63,062 nt of DNA, taken from Bacteroidaceae bacterium. Lineage in GTDB: Bacteria; Bacteroidota; Bacteroidia; Bacteroidales; Bacteroidaceae. The notes under the pieces are model-generated. The model saw only the letters and a list, made by a program, of their open reading frames with translations, ran no database searches and had not been told where the DNA came from. A program made the translations under genes and the position numbers. Positions within the stretch are counted from its first letter, which is position 1. Each line of letters starts with the position of its first letter. This document shows positions 46,875 to 57,413 of the stretch, in pieces. The DNA lies in assembly GCA_017647975.1 (NCBI GenBank), contig JAGCJL010000036.1, positions 1 through 63,062 on the forward strand, given 5' to 3'.

Positions 46875-49358
46875 TTACATTTCTCCCATACCGTCCATGT
46901 CGCCGTAGCCGCTACTTGGCATCTCTTGCTGTTTGCGGTTAGGCATCTTGGCCTTCATGTTACCAAAGCTGTAGGTGAGGGTGAAACTGAATGTCCTGCC
47001 ACCGTGCGAGCTTTTTGAATCGCGTGTGAAGAAGTCGTTGCTTGTAACAGTGTGCCAACCACGTGAATTGAACAAGTCGCGGGCGTTGAGGCTCAAACTC
47101 CAACCCTTGTTGAACATTTTACGTAGTCCCAAGTCCATCATGTAACTTGGCTTGCGGTAACCTTGTGCAACGATACGTCTTGCGTTGTAACGACCTGTGG
47201 CCTGCATTGTAATACCCCAAGGTAATATTACACTTGCTGTCATACGCATATTCCATGAGAAATTCTCATCGGCTGCTCCGGTAACAGTATGTCCGGCGAT
47301 AGTGTAGTTGAAAGCATCGAGTTTGTAATAGAAAAGATTGACTGTTGTAGTAAGGTCAAGACGCTTGAACAGTCTGTTCTTGCCAATGATTTCCAAACCT
47401 GCCGACTGTGTACCTGTCACATTCTCATGTGTGGTATATATCACCTTGCCCTCGCTGTAGCTTATACGCTCAATAACGTCGCTTGTGGTGCGGTAGTAAC
47501 CCGATATTGAAAGGGTATGGTCATTCCAGTTTTTGATGTAGTTAAGTTCGTATGCGTTGGAGAACTCCGGTGTCAGATTGGGGTTACCGAATGAGATGTT
47601 CGTTGAGTCGCTGATGTTCTTGAAACTGTTCAGCTGACCGCCCCAAGGACGACGTAGACGGCGTGTGTAATTGGCCTGAATCTCGTGTCCCTGACTAATC
47701 TCATAGCTTACGAATGCACTTGGGAACAGGTCAAAGAAATTCTTGTTCTCAAATCCCGGGATATTTCCACTCTCCTTCTCATTCCAACCGTATGACAGTG
47801 TCTTTATTCTCCAGTATTCTCCACGTAATCCCACTTGGAAACCGAACTTGCCCACACGTCCCGAATATGTTCCGTACAGGGCATGTGTATCCTGTTTGTA
47901 GCGGAACTCATTGTAAAGTCCTTTATCGACAACTGTATGTGCCTCGTCGGTGTATGTAATTACAGGGCTTTGGTCATCGGACAAGTCGCTTTTGTAACCG
48001 GCTTCAATACGGTGATTGTCGTTTATCTTATACTCGTAATCGAGTTTTATCTCGGTTGTGGCGTTTTTGTTCTTGCCATCCTGGAACTGGTAACTTGATA
48101 CAGTTACGGTTGTATCGGCAATGTTGTAAAACTCGGTCTCCTGTGTGTATTCAGCCTTACGTATCTGTTGCCATGTGTGGTGGCTTACCGAGAAATCAAG
48201 GAAGTGGCTGTCACTCCAACGGTGTGTGTAGCCGAGTTCTACATTATACATACCCGGCTTACCTCTTTGGTTAGTGATGCGGGTACGTTTTTCTGTTGCA
48301 TCGGCAAATGTCCCGTCGCTGTTGATGGGGCCACTCAATGCTGTAACAGTGTTATTGTTTCTGCCGCTACCGTACATACCCATGACATTGGCATAAATCT
48401 CATCTTTGCCGGTAAAACGCCATGTTACACCGGCACGAGCAAAGATATTGCTCGGGTTGTGGAGGCCGTTTGTTATCTGGCTTTGATAGCTGTTGTCGTT
48501 GGAGTATTCTGTTGTTGTTTCGCCTTTGTTCTTGAATCGCATGTTACGGTAGTTGAGTCCTGCGTATGCATCAACTTTTCCGCTGCTGTAATTGAAGTTG
48601 CCACCGGCGTTGAAACCACCTCTTGTATCTGCACCGGCTTGAACACTACCGTAGTAACCGGCTTTGCGGTCACGTTTGAGAACAATGTTGATTATACCGG
48701 CTGTACCCTCGGGCGAGTGTTTTGCCGAAGGGTTTGTAATAACCTCAATCTTTTCGATAGAACCGGCAGGTAACTGCTCAAGAATGTCGCCTTGGTTGTC
48801 GGCAGTCAAGCCGCTTGCCTTGCCGTTAATCCAAACGGTAACACTTTCACTGCCACGAAGCGAAACCTTACCTTCGTTGTCAACTTCTACCGAAGGTATA
48901 TCGGCGAGTACATCGCTTGCCGAACCGCCCGTTGTGGCAATGTTCTGATCTACAGTAAAAACTCTCTTGTCAATCTCAAAACTCATCTGCGAGCGTTGCT
49001 CTGTCACAACCACCTCTTTTAGCAGTTTTCTGTCGGCTTTCAGTTTGATGATGCCAACATTACACTTGGGTGTGTTCTTTGTGATATTTACGCTACGATT
49101 GTCGTTGAGATAACCTACAAAAGAGAGTTGTATGGTGTATTTCCCCTCTTTTACATTATTTATAATAAAGCTACCGTCATCCTCGGTGTTACATCCAGCA
49201 ACAGGAATGGTCGCTCCTTCGGGGATAAGTGCTACGGTAACGAAGCCGAGTGGCTCGCCATTCTCATTGTCAATAACCGTACCGCTTACTGTTCCACTTG
49301 TCTGTGCCACAATAGTTATTGGCAGAACAAGCAACAAAAGTGCCAAAAATCTCTTCAT
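46875..49358 (-). CDS. TonB-dependent-receptor-like outer-membrane beta-barrel protein (CarboxypepD_reg + plug + barrel)
   Basis: 827 aa with a signal peptide, the block GTVSGTVIDNENGEPLGFVTVAL, plug-like SIEKIEVITNPSAKHSPEGTAGIINIV, and a long barrel. The acidic/Met-rich tail (SSGYGDMDGMGEM) follows the last strand. Confidence 0.75.
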   Translation of the reverse strand: MKRFLALLLLVLPITIVAQTSGTVSGTVIDNENGEPLGFVTVALIPEGATIPVAGCNTEDDGSFIINNVKEGKYTIQLSFVGYLNDNRSVNITKNTPKCNVGIIKLKADRKLLKEVVVTEQRSQMSFEIDKRVFTVDQNIATTGGSASDVLADIPSVEVDNEGKVSLRGSESVTVWINGKASGLTADNQGDILEQLPAGSIEKIEVITNPSAKHSPEGTAGIINIVLKRDRKAGYYGSVQAGADTRGGFNAGGNFNYSSGKVDAYAGLNYRNMRFKNKGETTTEYSNDNSYQSQITNGLHNPSNIFARAGVTWRFTGKDEIYANVMGMYGSGRNNNTVTALSGPINSDGTFADATEKRTRITNQRGKPGMYNVELGYTHRWSDSHFLDFSVSHHTWQQIRKAEYTQETEFYNIADTTVTVSSYQFQDGKNKNATTEIKLDYEYKINDNHRIEAGYKSDLSDDQSPVITYTDEAHTVVDKGLYNEFRYKQDTHALYGTYSGRVGKFGFQVGLRGEYWRIKTLSYGWNEKESGNIPGFENKNFFDLFPSAFVSYEISQGHEIQANYTRRLRRPWGGQLNSFKNISDSTNISFGNPNLTPEFSNAYELNYIKNWNDHTLSISGYYRTTSDVIERISYSEGKVIYTTHENVTGTQSAGLEIIGKNRLFKRLDLTTTVNLFYYKLDAFNYTIAGHTVTGAADENFSWNMRMTASVILPWGITMQATGRYNARRIVAQGYRKPSYMMDLGLRKMFNKGWSLSLNARDLFNSRGWHTVTSNDFFTRDSKSSHGGRTFSFTLTYSFGNMKAKMPNRKQQEMPSSGYGDMDGMGEM

Positions 49359-49386
49359 CTATATAATATCTCTATTTTTCTGTTTG

Positions 49387-50706
49387 TTATTGTTCAAGGA
49401 TGGTGGTTATGGTTCCGCTTATTTGCAATAGTGATATCTCACAAATCTTTGCGTTGTATTCAACGGAAATCAGACGCTCTTCGGCGTCGAGCAGGCTCTG
49501 CTGTGCTTCACGCATCTCAATACCTGAAAGGTCACCGAGCATATAACGCTCTTTGGCAATCTCGTGGTTTTCTCTTGCTGTTATCACATTGACTCTCTCA
49601 AGGTTCAACAGTTGTAGATTGTTCTGGTAAGCCTGCCACAAATTACCTATATCGGCCTTTAGTGACAGTTCTAACTGCTGACGCATGAGTTCAATGTTTT
49701 GTATCTCAATCTTTGAGTTCTTTATTTGTCTGCGACGGTTACCGTCAAAAATGTTGAATCCGAGAGTTACTCCGGCATTACCTCCCCACTCTCCACGCTG
49801 GATATAACTGTTTGAACCGTATCGGTTGAAACTGTAGTCATAACCGGCATTGAGTTTTACGTATGGATAGTTACGTGAAAGCACTTTCTTGTAGTCGTAC
49901 TTTGTCAACATGATATTATGGTCGGCAAGCAATAGGCTCGCATTGTTTTCAAGCATGCCGTTCCATAACTCCACGAAATCAAGTTCTGCATTTATTATGA
50001 TATCGCTCTCTTGTGTCTCAATGGGAGTATATACCTGGTCTATTGCCATCATCTCATTTAAGGCGATACGTGATGTGATGACAATCTCCTGCTGCTTCAT
50101 ATATTGGGCACTGTCGGCATTGAAATCGACTTTTGCCTGTTGGTAGTCAAGACGTGAGAAGTTACCGATATTATATCGCTCTTCTACAATACGCAGACGC
50201 TCCTTAGACAACTGTACTGCGTTGTAGTAGTTGGTGAGTCGTCGTCTTTGTTGAATGAAATTGTAATATTCTGCAGCAAGGTTTGCAATGAAATCCTCCA
50301 ACTCAATACGTGTGTTGGTCTCTCCCATGCGTTCCAATTCTTTCAACTGCTTGTAGTTGGTAGTGATGTTGAAACCGTCAAAAACAGTCCAATTGAGGTC
50401 TATTCCGGCTCTTGCAACTTGGTCAAGAGAATTACGTGTTTCAACAACCTCACCGGTAGAACGCATTTTTGCATTGTTGCCCGACAATGATGCATCATAT
50501 CCGGCCGACAAGTCAAGTGTTGGCAGGTAGCCGGCATTGGCAACCGTTGCGTTATTGTGTGCAATTTGTTCTTTGTTACGTGTTATGCGTATCGCATAAT
50601 TGTTCTCAAGTCCAATTTCAAGACACTTGCCAAGTGTATATTGCTGTGCATCGGCACTTATATAAAAAGCTGTTGTAGCAAAAAATAAAATAATCAATCG
50701 TTTCAT
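49387..50706 (-). CDS. TolC-family outer-membrane efflux protein
   Basis: 439 aa with two OEP repeats. It overlaps the RND gene stop by 4 nt. Confidence 0.85.
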   Translation of the reverse strand: MKRLIILFFATTAFYISADAQQYTLGKCLEIGLENNYAIRITRNKEQIAHNNATVANAGYLPTLDLSAGYDASLSGNNAKMRSTGEVVETRNSLDQVARAGIDLNWTVFDGFNITTNYKQLKELERMGETNTRIELEDFIANLAAEYYNFIQQRRRLTNYYNAVQLSKERLRIVEERYNIGNFSRLDYQQAKVDFNADSAQYMKQQEIVITSRIALNEMMAIDQVYTPIETQESDIIINAELDFVELWNGMLENNASLLLADHNIMLTKYDYKKVLSRNYPYVKLNAGYDYSFNRYGSNSYIQRGEWGGNAGVTLGFNIFDGNRRRQIKNSKIEIQNIELMRQQLELSLKADIGNLWQAYQNNLQLLNLERVNVITARENHEIAKERYMLGDLSGIEMREAQQSLLDAEERLISVEYNAKICEISLLQISGTITTILEQ

Positions 50707-53700
50707 TTCTCCTCCTTTTTCTTACGTTCAGTTGAAATGTAGCTGTATATCGCAGGAACGATGTACATTGTCAGAATGGTAGATACAATCATACCGCCGA
50801 CAACCGATGTACCCATGGCTATACGTTGGTTGGCACCCTCACCGGTGGCAAACATAAGCGGTATAAGACCCAATATTGTCGATACGCTGGTCATGAGAAT
50901 TGGACGCAGACGCTGTAGTGATGCACCTTTGATTGCATCCATTTTGCTATCTCCACTTTCTTGTTTCTGGTTAGCGAACTCAACAATGAGGATACCGTTT
51001 TTAGCAACAAGACCTATAAGCATGATTATACCAATTTGACTAAAGAGGTTCATGGTTATGTCGTTGCTGTTCATGAATATCAATGCTCCCGCAATAGCCA
51101 AAGGCACTGTAAGCATAATAATCAATGGATCCTTGAAACTCTCGAACTGTGCGGCAAGGATAAGATAAATCAATACAAGTGCAAGTATGAACGCGAACAT
51201 CAAGCTCGAAGAACTCTCGCGGAACTCTCTTGAGTCACCGGTCAGTGCGGTGCGGAATGTCTCGTCAAGCAGTTCATCGGCAATCTTGTCCATCTCGTCA
51301 AGTCCGTCGCCAATGGTGTAGCCCTCGGCAAGTCCTGCCGAAACAGTTGCCGAAAGGAAACGGTTGTAGTGATAGAGTTTTGGAGGTGCAACGGATTCTA
51401 CAAACTCAACAATGTTGTCGAGAGGAATCATATCTCCGTTGTCGCTACGAATGTAAATTGATTTTACACTTGTAGGAGTGTTGCGTTGCAGACGGTTTAC
51501 CTGACCAATAATCTCATACTGCTTTCCGTTCATGTAGAAATATCCCATACGCTGACCGCTAAGACCATATTGCAAAGTTTCTGCAACATCGCGTACGCTT
51601 GCACCCATTGTGCCTGCCTTGTCGCGGTTGATGTTTACACGAACTTCGGGGCTGCTGAACTTCAAATCAACATCGGCCATTCTGAATACAGGGTTGTCAT
51701 GAACCCTGCGTAGGAATTCAGGCAATACGTCCTGTAATTTTTCAATACTTACCGATTGAAGTACATATTGTACAGGCATGCTTCCGCGTCGTCCACCAAA
51801 TGATGACTGCTGCTGTACAAAGGCACGAGCCTTAGTCTTTGAGCCAATGGCATCGGTCAGTTTCTTTGCAACATCCATCTGTGAATAGTCACGCTCGTTT
51901 ATATCCTTTAGTGTGATTCTGATGTTACCGCTACCGCTTGAAACACGTGATGTTACCGAAACGGCATCAGGAACAATAGAATCTACAAGATGGTTGATGT
52001 CCTCGGTGTAGTCACGCATATATTCGTAGCTCACACCCTCGGCACCACGTGTGGTAATTGTTATTTGAGAACGGTCCTCGAGTGGGGCCATCTCGGCAGG
52101 AATCTCATTCCACAACCAGCCGATAAGTGCGAATGTTCCTAATGTCACAGGTATAGCAATCCATCTTCTCTTCAGGAATGCATTGAGTGATTTCTCATAT
52201 ATGTTATTCAATCCCACAAAGAATGGTTCGGTCTTGCGATAGAACCATTTCTGCTCCTTGCGTCGCTTCAAGATTTTAGTGGCAAGCATGGGAGTGAATG
52301 TCAACGCTGCAAATGACGAGATAACCACAGAACCTGCTACCACAAAACTGAACTCGCGGAACAAACGTCCACTTGTACCCTCCATAAAGACAATAGGGAG
52401 GAATACCGCAATAAGGGTGATGGTTGTTGAGATTACCGCAAAGAAAATCTCCTTTGAGCCCTCGATACCGGCTTTGAACGGTTTCATTCCTTGCTCAATG
52501 CGTATATATATGTTTTCGGTCATTACAATGGCATCATCGACCACAAGACCTACCGACAATACAATGGCAAGCATGGTAAGCACGTTGATGGAGAAGCCTG
52601 CAATATACATCACAAAGAATGCACCAATGAGCGATACTGGAATAACAATACATGGTATGAGTGTTACACGCCAGTCGCGTAGGAATAGGAATATGATGAT
52701 GATTACAAGGATAAACGCCTCATAAACGGTACTCTTAACCTCATCAATAGATGCACGTATGAATTTTGTGCTGTCAAAACCGTATGAATATTCAATGTCG
52801 TCAGGAAGGTCCTTCTTCATTGTCTCCATACGCTCATAAACAGCGTTGGCGATTTCAATGTGGTTTGCTCCGGGCTGTGGAATAACCACTGCACCAACCA
52901 TAGGAACACCGTTCATCTTCATGTAGCTCTTTAAGTCGGCAGGGCCAAGTTCGGCATAACCGATGTCGCTGACACGTACAACATTTCCATTATTGCTCTT
53001 TAATATGATGTTGTTGAACTCCTTTGCGGTGTGCATCTGTCCCATGGTACGCAAGGTAAGTTCCATGGTGTTACCCTCAATGCTTCCCGAAGGCAGTTCG
53101 ACATTCTCGTTTGTTACAGCATTCTTGATGTCGATAGGTGTAATACCGTATGCAGCCATCTTGACAGGGTCTAACCAAATACGCATTGAGTAGCGTTTTT
53201 CTCCCCAAATCTGTACGCTGCTGACATCAGGGATTGTCTGCAACTGCTCTTTTACGGTAAGGTCGGCAATTTCGCTTAGTTCCAAAAGTGAACGTTTGTC
53301 ACTCTGTATTGCTACCATAAGTATTGGTGTTGCGTCGGCATCGGCCTTGGAAACGGTAGGAGGGTCGCAGTCGCGTGGAAGGTAGCGTTGTGCTCTTGAC
53401 ACCTTGTCACGAACATCGTTTGCTGCTGTCTCAAGGTCAACCGACAACTCGAATTCTACAGTGATACGGCTCTGTCCCTGCTGGCTTACACTCGAAAGTG
53501 AACGGATACCGGGAATACCGTTGATGTTCTGTTCGAGCGGCTCGGTAATCTGGTTCTCTATTACGTCGGCATTTGCTCCGGCGTAACTACATGTAACAGA
53601 GATAATGGGGTTATCGACCGACGGGTATTCGCGTACTCCGAGGGTATTGTATCCGATAAGTCCGAACAGTAATATTATTATAGTAAGCACGGTTGCAAGT

Positions 53701-53735
53701 ACCGGCCTGCGTATGCTAAGTTCAGATATATTCAT
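50703..53735 (-). CDS. RND efflux transporter permease (AcrB/HAE family)
   Basis: 1010 aa with 12 TM helices and two large periplasmic loops. The N-terminus (MNISELSIRRPVLATVLTIIILLFG) is typical of the family. Confidence 0.9.
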   Translation of the reverse strand: MNISELSIRRPVLATVLTIIILLFGLIGYNTLGVREYPSVDNPIISVTCSYAGANADVIENQITEPLEQNINGIPGIRSLSSVSQQGQSRITVEFELSVDLETAANDVRDKVSRAQRYLPRDCDPPTVSKADADATPILMVAIQSDKRSLLELSEIADLTVKEQLQTIPDVSSVQIWGEKRYSMRIWLDPVKMAAYGITPIDIKNAVTNENVELPSGSIEGNTMELTLRTMGQMHTAKEFNNIILKSNNGNVVRVSDIGYAELGPADLKSYMKMNGVPMVGAVVIPQPGANHIEIANAVYERMETMKKDLPDDIEYSYGFDSTKFIRASIDEVKSTVYEAFILVIIIIFLFLRDWRVTLIPCIVIPVSLIGAFFVMYIAGFSINVLTMLAIVLSVGLVVDDAIVMTENIYIRIEQGMKPFKAGIEGSKEIFFAVISTTITLIAVFLPIVFMEGTSGRLFREFSFVVAGSVVISSFAALTFTPMLATKILKRRKEQKWFYRKTEPFFVGLNNIYEKSLNAFLKRRWIAIPVTLGTFALIGWLWNEIPAEMAPLEDRSQITITTRGAEGVSYEYMRDYTEDINHLVDSIVPDAVSVTSRVSSGSGNIRITLKDINERDYSQMDVAKKLTDAIGSKTKARAFVQQQSSFGGRRGSMPVQYVLQSVSIEKLQDVLPEFLRRVHDNPVFRMADVDLKFSSPEVRVNINRDKAGTMGASVRDVAETLQYGLSGQRMGYFYMNGKQYEIIGQVNRLQRNTPTSVKSIYIRSDNGDMIPLDNIVEFVESVAPPKLYHYNRFLSATVSAGLAEGYTIGDGLDEMDKIADELLDETFRTALTGDSREFRESSSSLMFAFILALVLIYLILAAQFESFKDPLIIMLTVPLAIAGALIFMNSNDITMNLFSQIGIIMLIGLVAKNGILIVEFANQKQESGDSKMDAIKGASLQRLRPILMTSVSTILGLIPLMFATGEGANQRIAMGTSVVGGMIVSTILTMYIVPAIYSYISTERKKKEEK

Positions 53736-53756
53736 TGATAAACTCTTTTATATGTG

Positions 53757-54830
53757 TTATTCGAATGATACAATTTTAACGGCACTGCCTTTGCGTAGCT
53801 GTAGAGTTCCTGATGTAAGGATAGTGTCTCCAATCTGTAAACCTTCAATAATCTGTACCTCTTTCTCGGTACGTATGCCAATGATTACATCCACAGGCTC
53901 TGACTTTCCGTTACGATAAACAAACACCTTGTTCTTGCCCATCTCTGGAACGATAGCCTCAGAAGGTATAGCTATAGCATCTTTGATCTCTTTCTGCTTT
54001 AGACGTATGTCGGCATATTGACCGGGCAACAGTTCACCGTCTTTGTTGTCATAAATGGCACGCACAACCAAAGAACGTGTCTCGGCATCCAATGTCGGTT
54101 CTGTTGCATATACCTTTGCCGAATAAGGGTTAATCTTTCCGGCAACAGTGAATTCAAGGTTAGCTCCCTTTTTAATGTCCGAAGCATAACGCTCGGCAAC
54201 AGAGAAGTCAAGTTTTATAGGGCTTAATGATGCGAGTCTTGCAACAACGGTTGTTGGTGATGCGTATGCACCCACACTTACTTGTCTAAGACCAATGATG
54301 CCGTCAAATGGAGCACGCAACTCAGTCATCTCTATCTGTGCTTTGATTTTTTCAATATCGGCATTGAGTGTGGCAAGTTCGGTTTTTACAATTTCAAGAG
54401 CCTCCTTGCTGACAGCGTCGCGTTGCAACAAAGCATTCTGTCGATAAACCCTGTCCTCGGCAAGTGGAATTTGTGCTTCAAGACGTTTTAATTGTGCCAA
54501 AAGCTGTGCATCGTTGATTTTTGCAAGCAATGTACCTTTCTTGACAAAACTTCCCTCTTCAAAAAATATATCAGTAATTTTACCCGATGACTCAAAAGAC
54601 AACAGTACCTCCTCGCCCGGAACAAGACTTCCCACTACGGGAATTTCATCGGTAAGAAGATGTGGCTTTATTACCTTTGCATTTACGCTTAGAACTTTTT
54701 TAACTGTTTTTGTAGTGTTGTCAACATTTGTCAGCTCTTCATTCTGGCGTGGTATAAGTCTGTAATAACCATACACGCCGGCAGCAATAGCTATTGCGGC
54801 AACCAATGCCCATTTGAGTTTTTTGTTCAT
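53757..54830 (-). CDS. RND efflux periplasmic adaptor (HlyD/MFP family)
   Basis: 357 aa with a membrane anchor, a coiled-coil hairpin and beta-barrel blocks. It is the first gene of the efflux operon. Confidence 0.85.
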   Translation of the reverse strand: MNKKLKWALVAAIAIAAGVYGYYRLIPRQNEELTNVDNTTKTVKKVLSVNAKVIKPHLLTDEIPVVGSLVPGEEVLLSFESSGKITDIFFEEGSFVKKGTLLAKINDAQLLAQLKRLEAQIPLAEDRVYRQNALLQRDAVSKEALEIVKTELATLNADIEKIKAQIEMTELRAPFDGIIGLRQVSVGAYASPTTVVARLASLSPIKLDFSVAERYASDIKKGANLEFTVAGKINPYSAKVYATEPTLDAETRSLVVRAIYDNKDGELLPGQYADIRLKQKEIKDAIAIPSEAIVPEMGKNKVFVYRNGKSEPVDVIIGIRTEKEVQIIEGLQIGDTILTSGTLQLRKGSAVKIVSFE

Positions 54831-54882
54831 CTTTGTATAGTGTTTTTTTAGAGTTTTATTATTAAATAATATATATATTCTG

Positions 54883-54890
54883 CAAAGTTA
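54883..54890 (-). promoter_or_regulatory. -7 box TAacTTTG for the efflux operon
   Basis: caaagtta on the plus strand, 53 nt upstream of the adaptor ATG. Confidence 0.45.
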
Positions 54891-55070
54891 GTAAAAAAAC
54901 GAATGTAAACAGGTTAAAAAGTTGAACAATGTGATATATTGTAAACTCTTTTTAACAAATGGAGTAAATTTGTCCTAATTGTTGGATATTATTTAAAATA
55001 GAAAATTCCCAATAAAAGGGTGGTTGATAATAAACTCCTCTTTATTCGTTGCATTTGTCTTAATTTTTAC

Positions 55071-55078
55071 TACCTTTG
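55071..55078 (+). promoter_or_regulatory. -7 box TAccTTTG for efp
   Basis: TAnnTTTG match 58 nt upstream of the efp ATG. Confidence 0.55.
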
Positions 55079-55135
55079 CATCTTGAATATGCTAAAAACG
55101 AAAAGAAACAATATTAACAAAAAACAGAATATATT

Positions 55136-55702
55136 ATGATTAATGCTCAAGACATTAAAATTGGTACTGCAATCCGCATGGATGGCAAGTTGTATTTTTG
55201 CATAGATTTCTTGCACGTAAAACCAGGTAAGGGTAATACTTTTATGCGTACAAAACTTAAGGACGTTGTTGACGGCTATGTATTGGAGCGTCGTTTCAAC
55301 ATCGGTGAGAAGTTGGAAGATGTACGTGTAGAGCGTCGTCCATTCCAGTATTTGTATCAGGAGGGTAGCGACTATATCTTCATGAATCAGGAGACATACG
55401 AGCAGGTGCCCATCGCTGCAGACCAGATCAATGGTGTTGCTTACATGAAGGAAGGTATGACACTTGAGGTTGTTACCGATGCATCTACTGAGACTATCCT
55501 TTTTGCTGATATGCCTGTAAAGGTTATCTTGGAGGTTACTTACACAGAGCCAGGTCTTAAGGGTGATACAGCTACAAACACAACAAAGCCTGCAACACTT
55601 GAAACAGGTGCTGAAATCCGTGTTCCTCTCTTCATCAACGAAGGTGAGCTCGTAGAGGTTGATACTCGCGACGGTTCATACGTAGGTCGTGTAAAAGCAT
55701 AA
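55136..55702 (+). CDS. efp: Elongation factor P
   Basis: 188 aa with the KPGKG loop (HVKPGKGNTFMRTKLKD) and three OB/KOW-like domains. Confidence 0.95.
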   Translation: MINAQDIKIGTAIRMDGKLYFCIDFLHVKPGKGNTFMRTKLKDVVDGYVLERRFNIGEKLEDVRVERRPFQYLYQEGSDYIFMNQETYEQVPIAADQINGVAYMKEGMTLEVVTDASTETILFADMPVKVILEVTYTEPGLKGDTATNTTKPATLETGAEIRVPLFINEGELVEVDTRDGSYVGRVKA

Positions 55703-55713
55703 TAGACAACGAT

Positions 55714-56709
55714 TTGTTATACTCTATAATTGTTCCGGTATATAACAGGCCCGGTGAAGTAAAGGAGTTACTCGATAGCCTGGCGGCTCAAACGGTAAAA
55801 CCATTTGAGTTGGTGATTATAGAAGATGGATCTAAAGAACGGTGTGACCATTTGCTTGGTCACTACCGTTCTTTGTTTGATATACACTACTATTACAAAG
55901 ATAACTCCGGACGCAGCGATACTCGAAACTACGGAATGAAGAGAGCAAATGGTGATTATATGCTTTTCTTTGACTCTGATGTCATATTACCTCCGTTCTA
56001 TTTCGAGAAACTGGAAAAAGCAATGGCTACTGACTATTGCGACTGCTTTGGTGGTCCCGACGCTGCTGATGACTCTTTCTCCGACATGCAGAAAGCCGTA
56101 AGTCATGCCATGACATCCTTTTGGACAACAGGCGGAATACGTGGCGGTAAGGCTGTAATGGAGAAATTCTGTCCCCGAACATTTAACATGGGACTCTCAA
56201 AAGAGGTCTATGAGAGAGTTGGGGATTTCAAGGATATGATGGGTGAGGATATTGATCTCAGCATCCGTATTAGGAATGCCGGTTTCAAAATACGTCTTAT
56301 CCGTGATGTCTTTGTATATCACAAACGTAGAATAGATATGCACCGTTTTTTCAAGCAGGTAAATAATTTTGGTCAGGCGAGAATATGGTTGCAGCTTATA
56401 CATCCGGGTTCGTTGAAACTTGTACATACAGCACCTGCTGTATTGCTTATTTCCGGTGCGATATTGTTGCTTGCATCAATTTTCTGTCCTTGGTTGCTCT
56501 TATTGCCATTGCTTTATGCGGTGTTGATATTTACCGACTCTTTGCTAAAAAGCAAAAGTCTTAATGTTGCAATATTGTCTGTTGCAGCGGCAGCCGTTCA
56601 GATAGCAGGTTATGGAACCGGCTTTTTGAAAGCTTTTTGGTTCAAGATGATACTGAAGCAACCGCTTGAGACAAAAGAGAATCTTACAAAACTTTATAAT
56701 AGAGGTTGA
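55714..56709 (+). CDS. Family 2 glycosyltransferase with C-terminal transmembrane segments
   Basis: 331 aa starting at TTG, with a GT2 N-terminus (YSIIVPVYNRPGEVKELLDSL), DxD (FFDSDV) and about 3 C-terminal TM helices. Confidence 0.8.
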   Translation: MLYSIIVPVYNRPGEVKELLDSLAAQTVKPFELVIIEDGSKERCDHLLGHYRSLFDIHYYYKDNSGRSDTRNYGMKRANGDYMLFFDSDVILPPFYFEKLEKAMATDYCDCFGGPDAADDSFSDMQKAVSHAMTSFWTTGGIRGGKAVMEKFCPRTFNMGLSKEVYERVGDFKDMMGEDIDLSIRIRNAGFKIRLIRDVFVYHKRRIDMHRFFKQVNNFGQARIWLQLIHPGSLKLVHTAPAVLLISGAILLLASIFCPWLLLLPLLYAVLIFTDSLLKSKSLNVAILSVAAAAVQIAGYGTGFLKAFWFKMILKQPLETKENLTKLYNRG

Positions 56710-57407
56710 TGTCCGAAGTAGCTCCAAAACCATCAATAAAGATGTGGCCCGCGGATGAGCGTCCGCGTGAAAAGGCTCTCAGAAACGGTATCTCTGCTCT
56801 TACCAAGGCGGAGCTGCTTGCCATACTTGTTGGTTCGGGAACTCCTAATGTTTCGGCTGTAGAACTTATGAAATCGGTTCTTTCGTCTTGTGGCAACAGC
56901 ATTTCGGAACTCTCAAAACTTTCAGTCGATGACCTGCGTTGCTTTAAGGGTATTGGTGAGGCAAAGGCATTGACCATTATGGCGGCGTGCGAACTTTGGA
57001 AAAGGCGTGTCGGTGAGGAGTTGGCAGGTCCGGTGTGTATAACATCGTCAAAAGATCTTTATAACTATTTTCACCCGATAATGTGCGATTGTTCCATTGA
57101 ACGTTGCTATGTGTTGCTTATGAACACTCGTAACCGAGTGATTGACCATGTTTTGATAAGCAGTGGCGGCTTTACCTCTACAGCGGTGGATATAAGGGTT
57201 GTGATACGCGAGGCTTTGATGAAGAAGGCAACTGCTGTTGCATTGTGCCACAACCATCCGTCGGGCAATGTAAATCCAAGTCGCGATGATGATAACTTGA
57301 CAAAGAGCCTGCAGGATGCATGCCGGGTTATGAATATACGTATGCTTGACCATATAGTAATTACCGATGGGGCGTATTACAGTTATAACGATGAATTACG
57401 AATGTAA
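56709..57407 (+). CDS. radC: RadC-family JAB/MPN domain protein (UPF0758)
   Basis: WPADERPREKAL N-terminus, HhH region and JAMM motif (HNHPSGNVNPSRDD). The ATG overlaps the GT2 stop. Confidence 0.9.
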   Translation: MSEVAPKPSIKMWPADERPREKALRNGISALTKAELLAILVGSGTPNVSAVELMKSVLSSCGNSISELSKLSVDDLRCFKGIGEAKALTIMAACELWKRRVGEELAGPVCITSSKDLYNYFHPIMCDCSIERCYVLLMNTRNRVIDHVLISSGGFTSTAVDIRVVIREALMKKATAVALCHNHPSGNVNPSRDDDNLTKSLQDACRVMNIRMLDHIVITDGAYYSYNDELRM

Positions 57408-57413
57408 AAAGTT

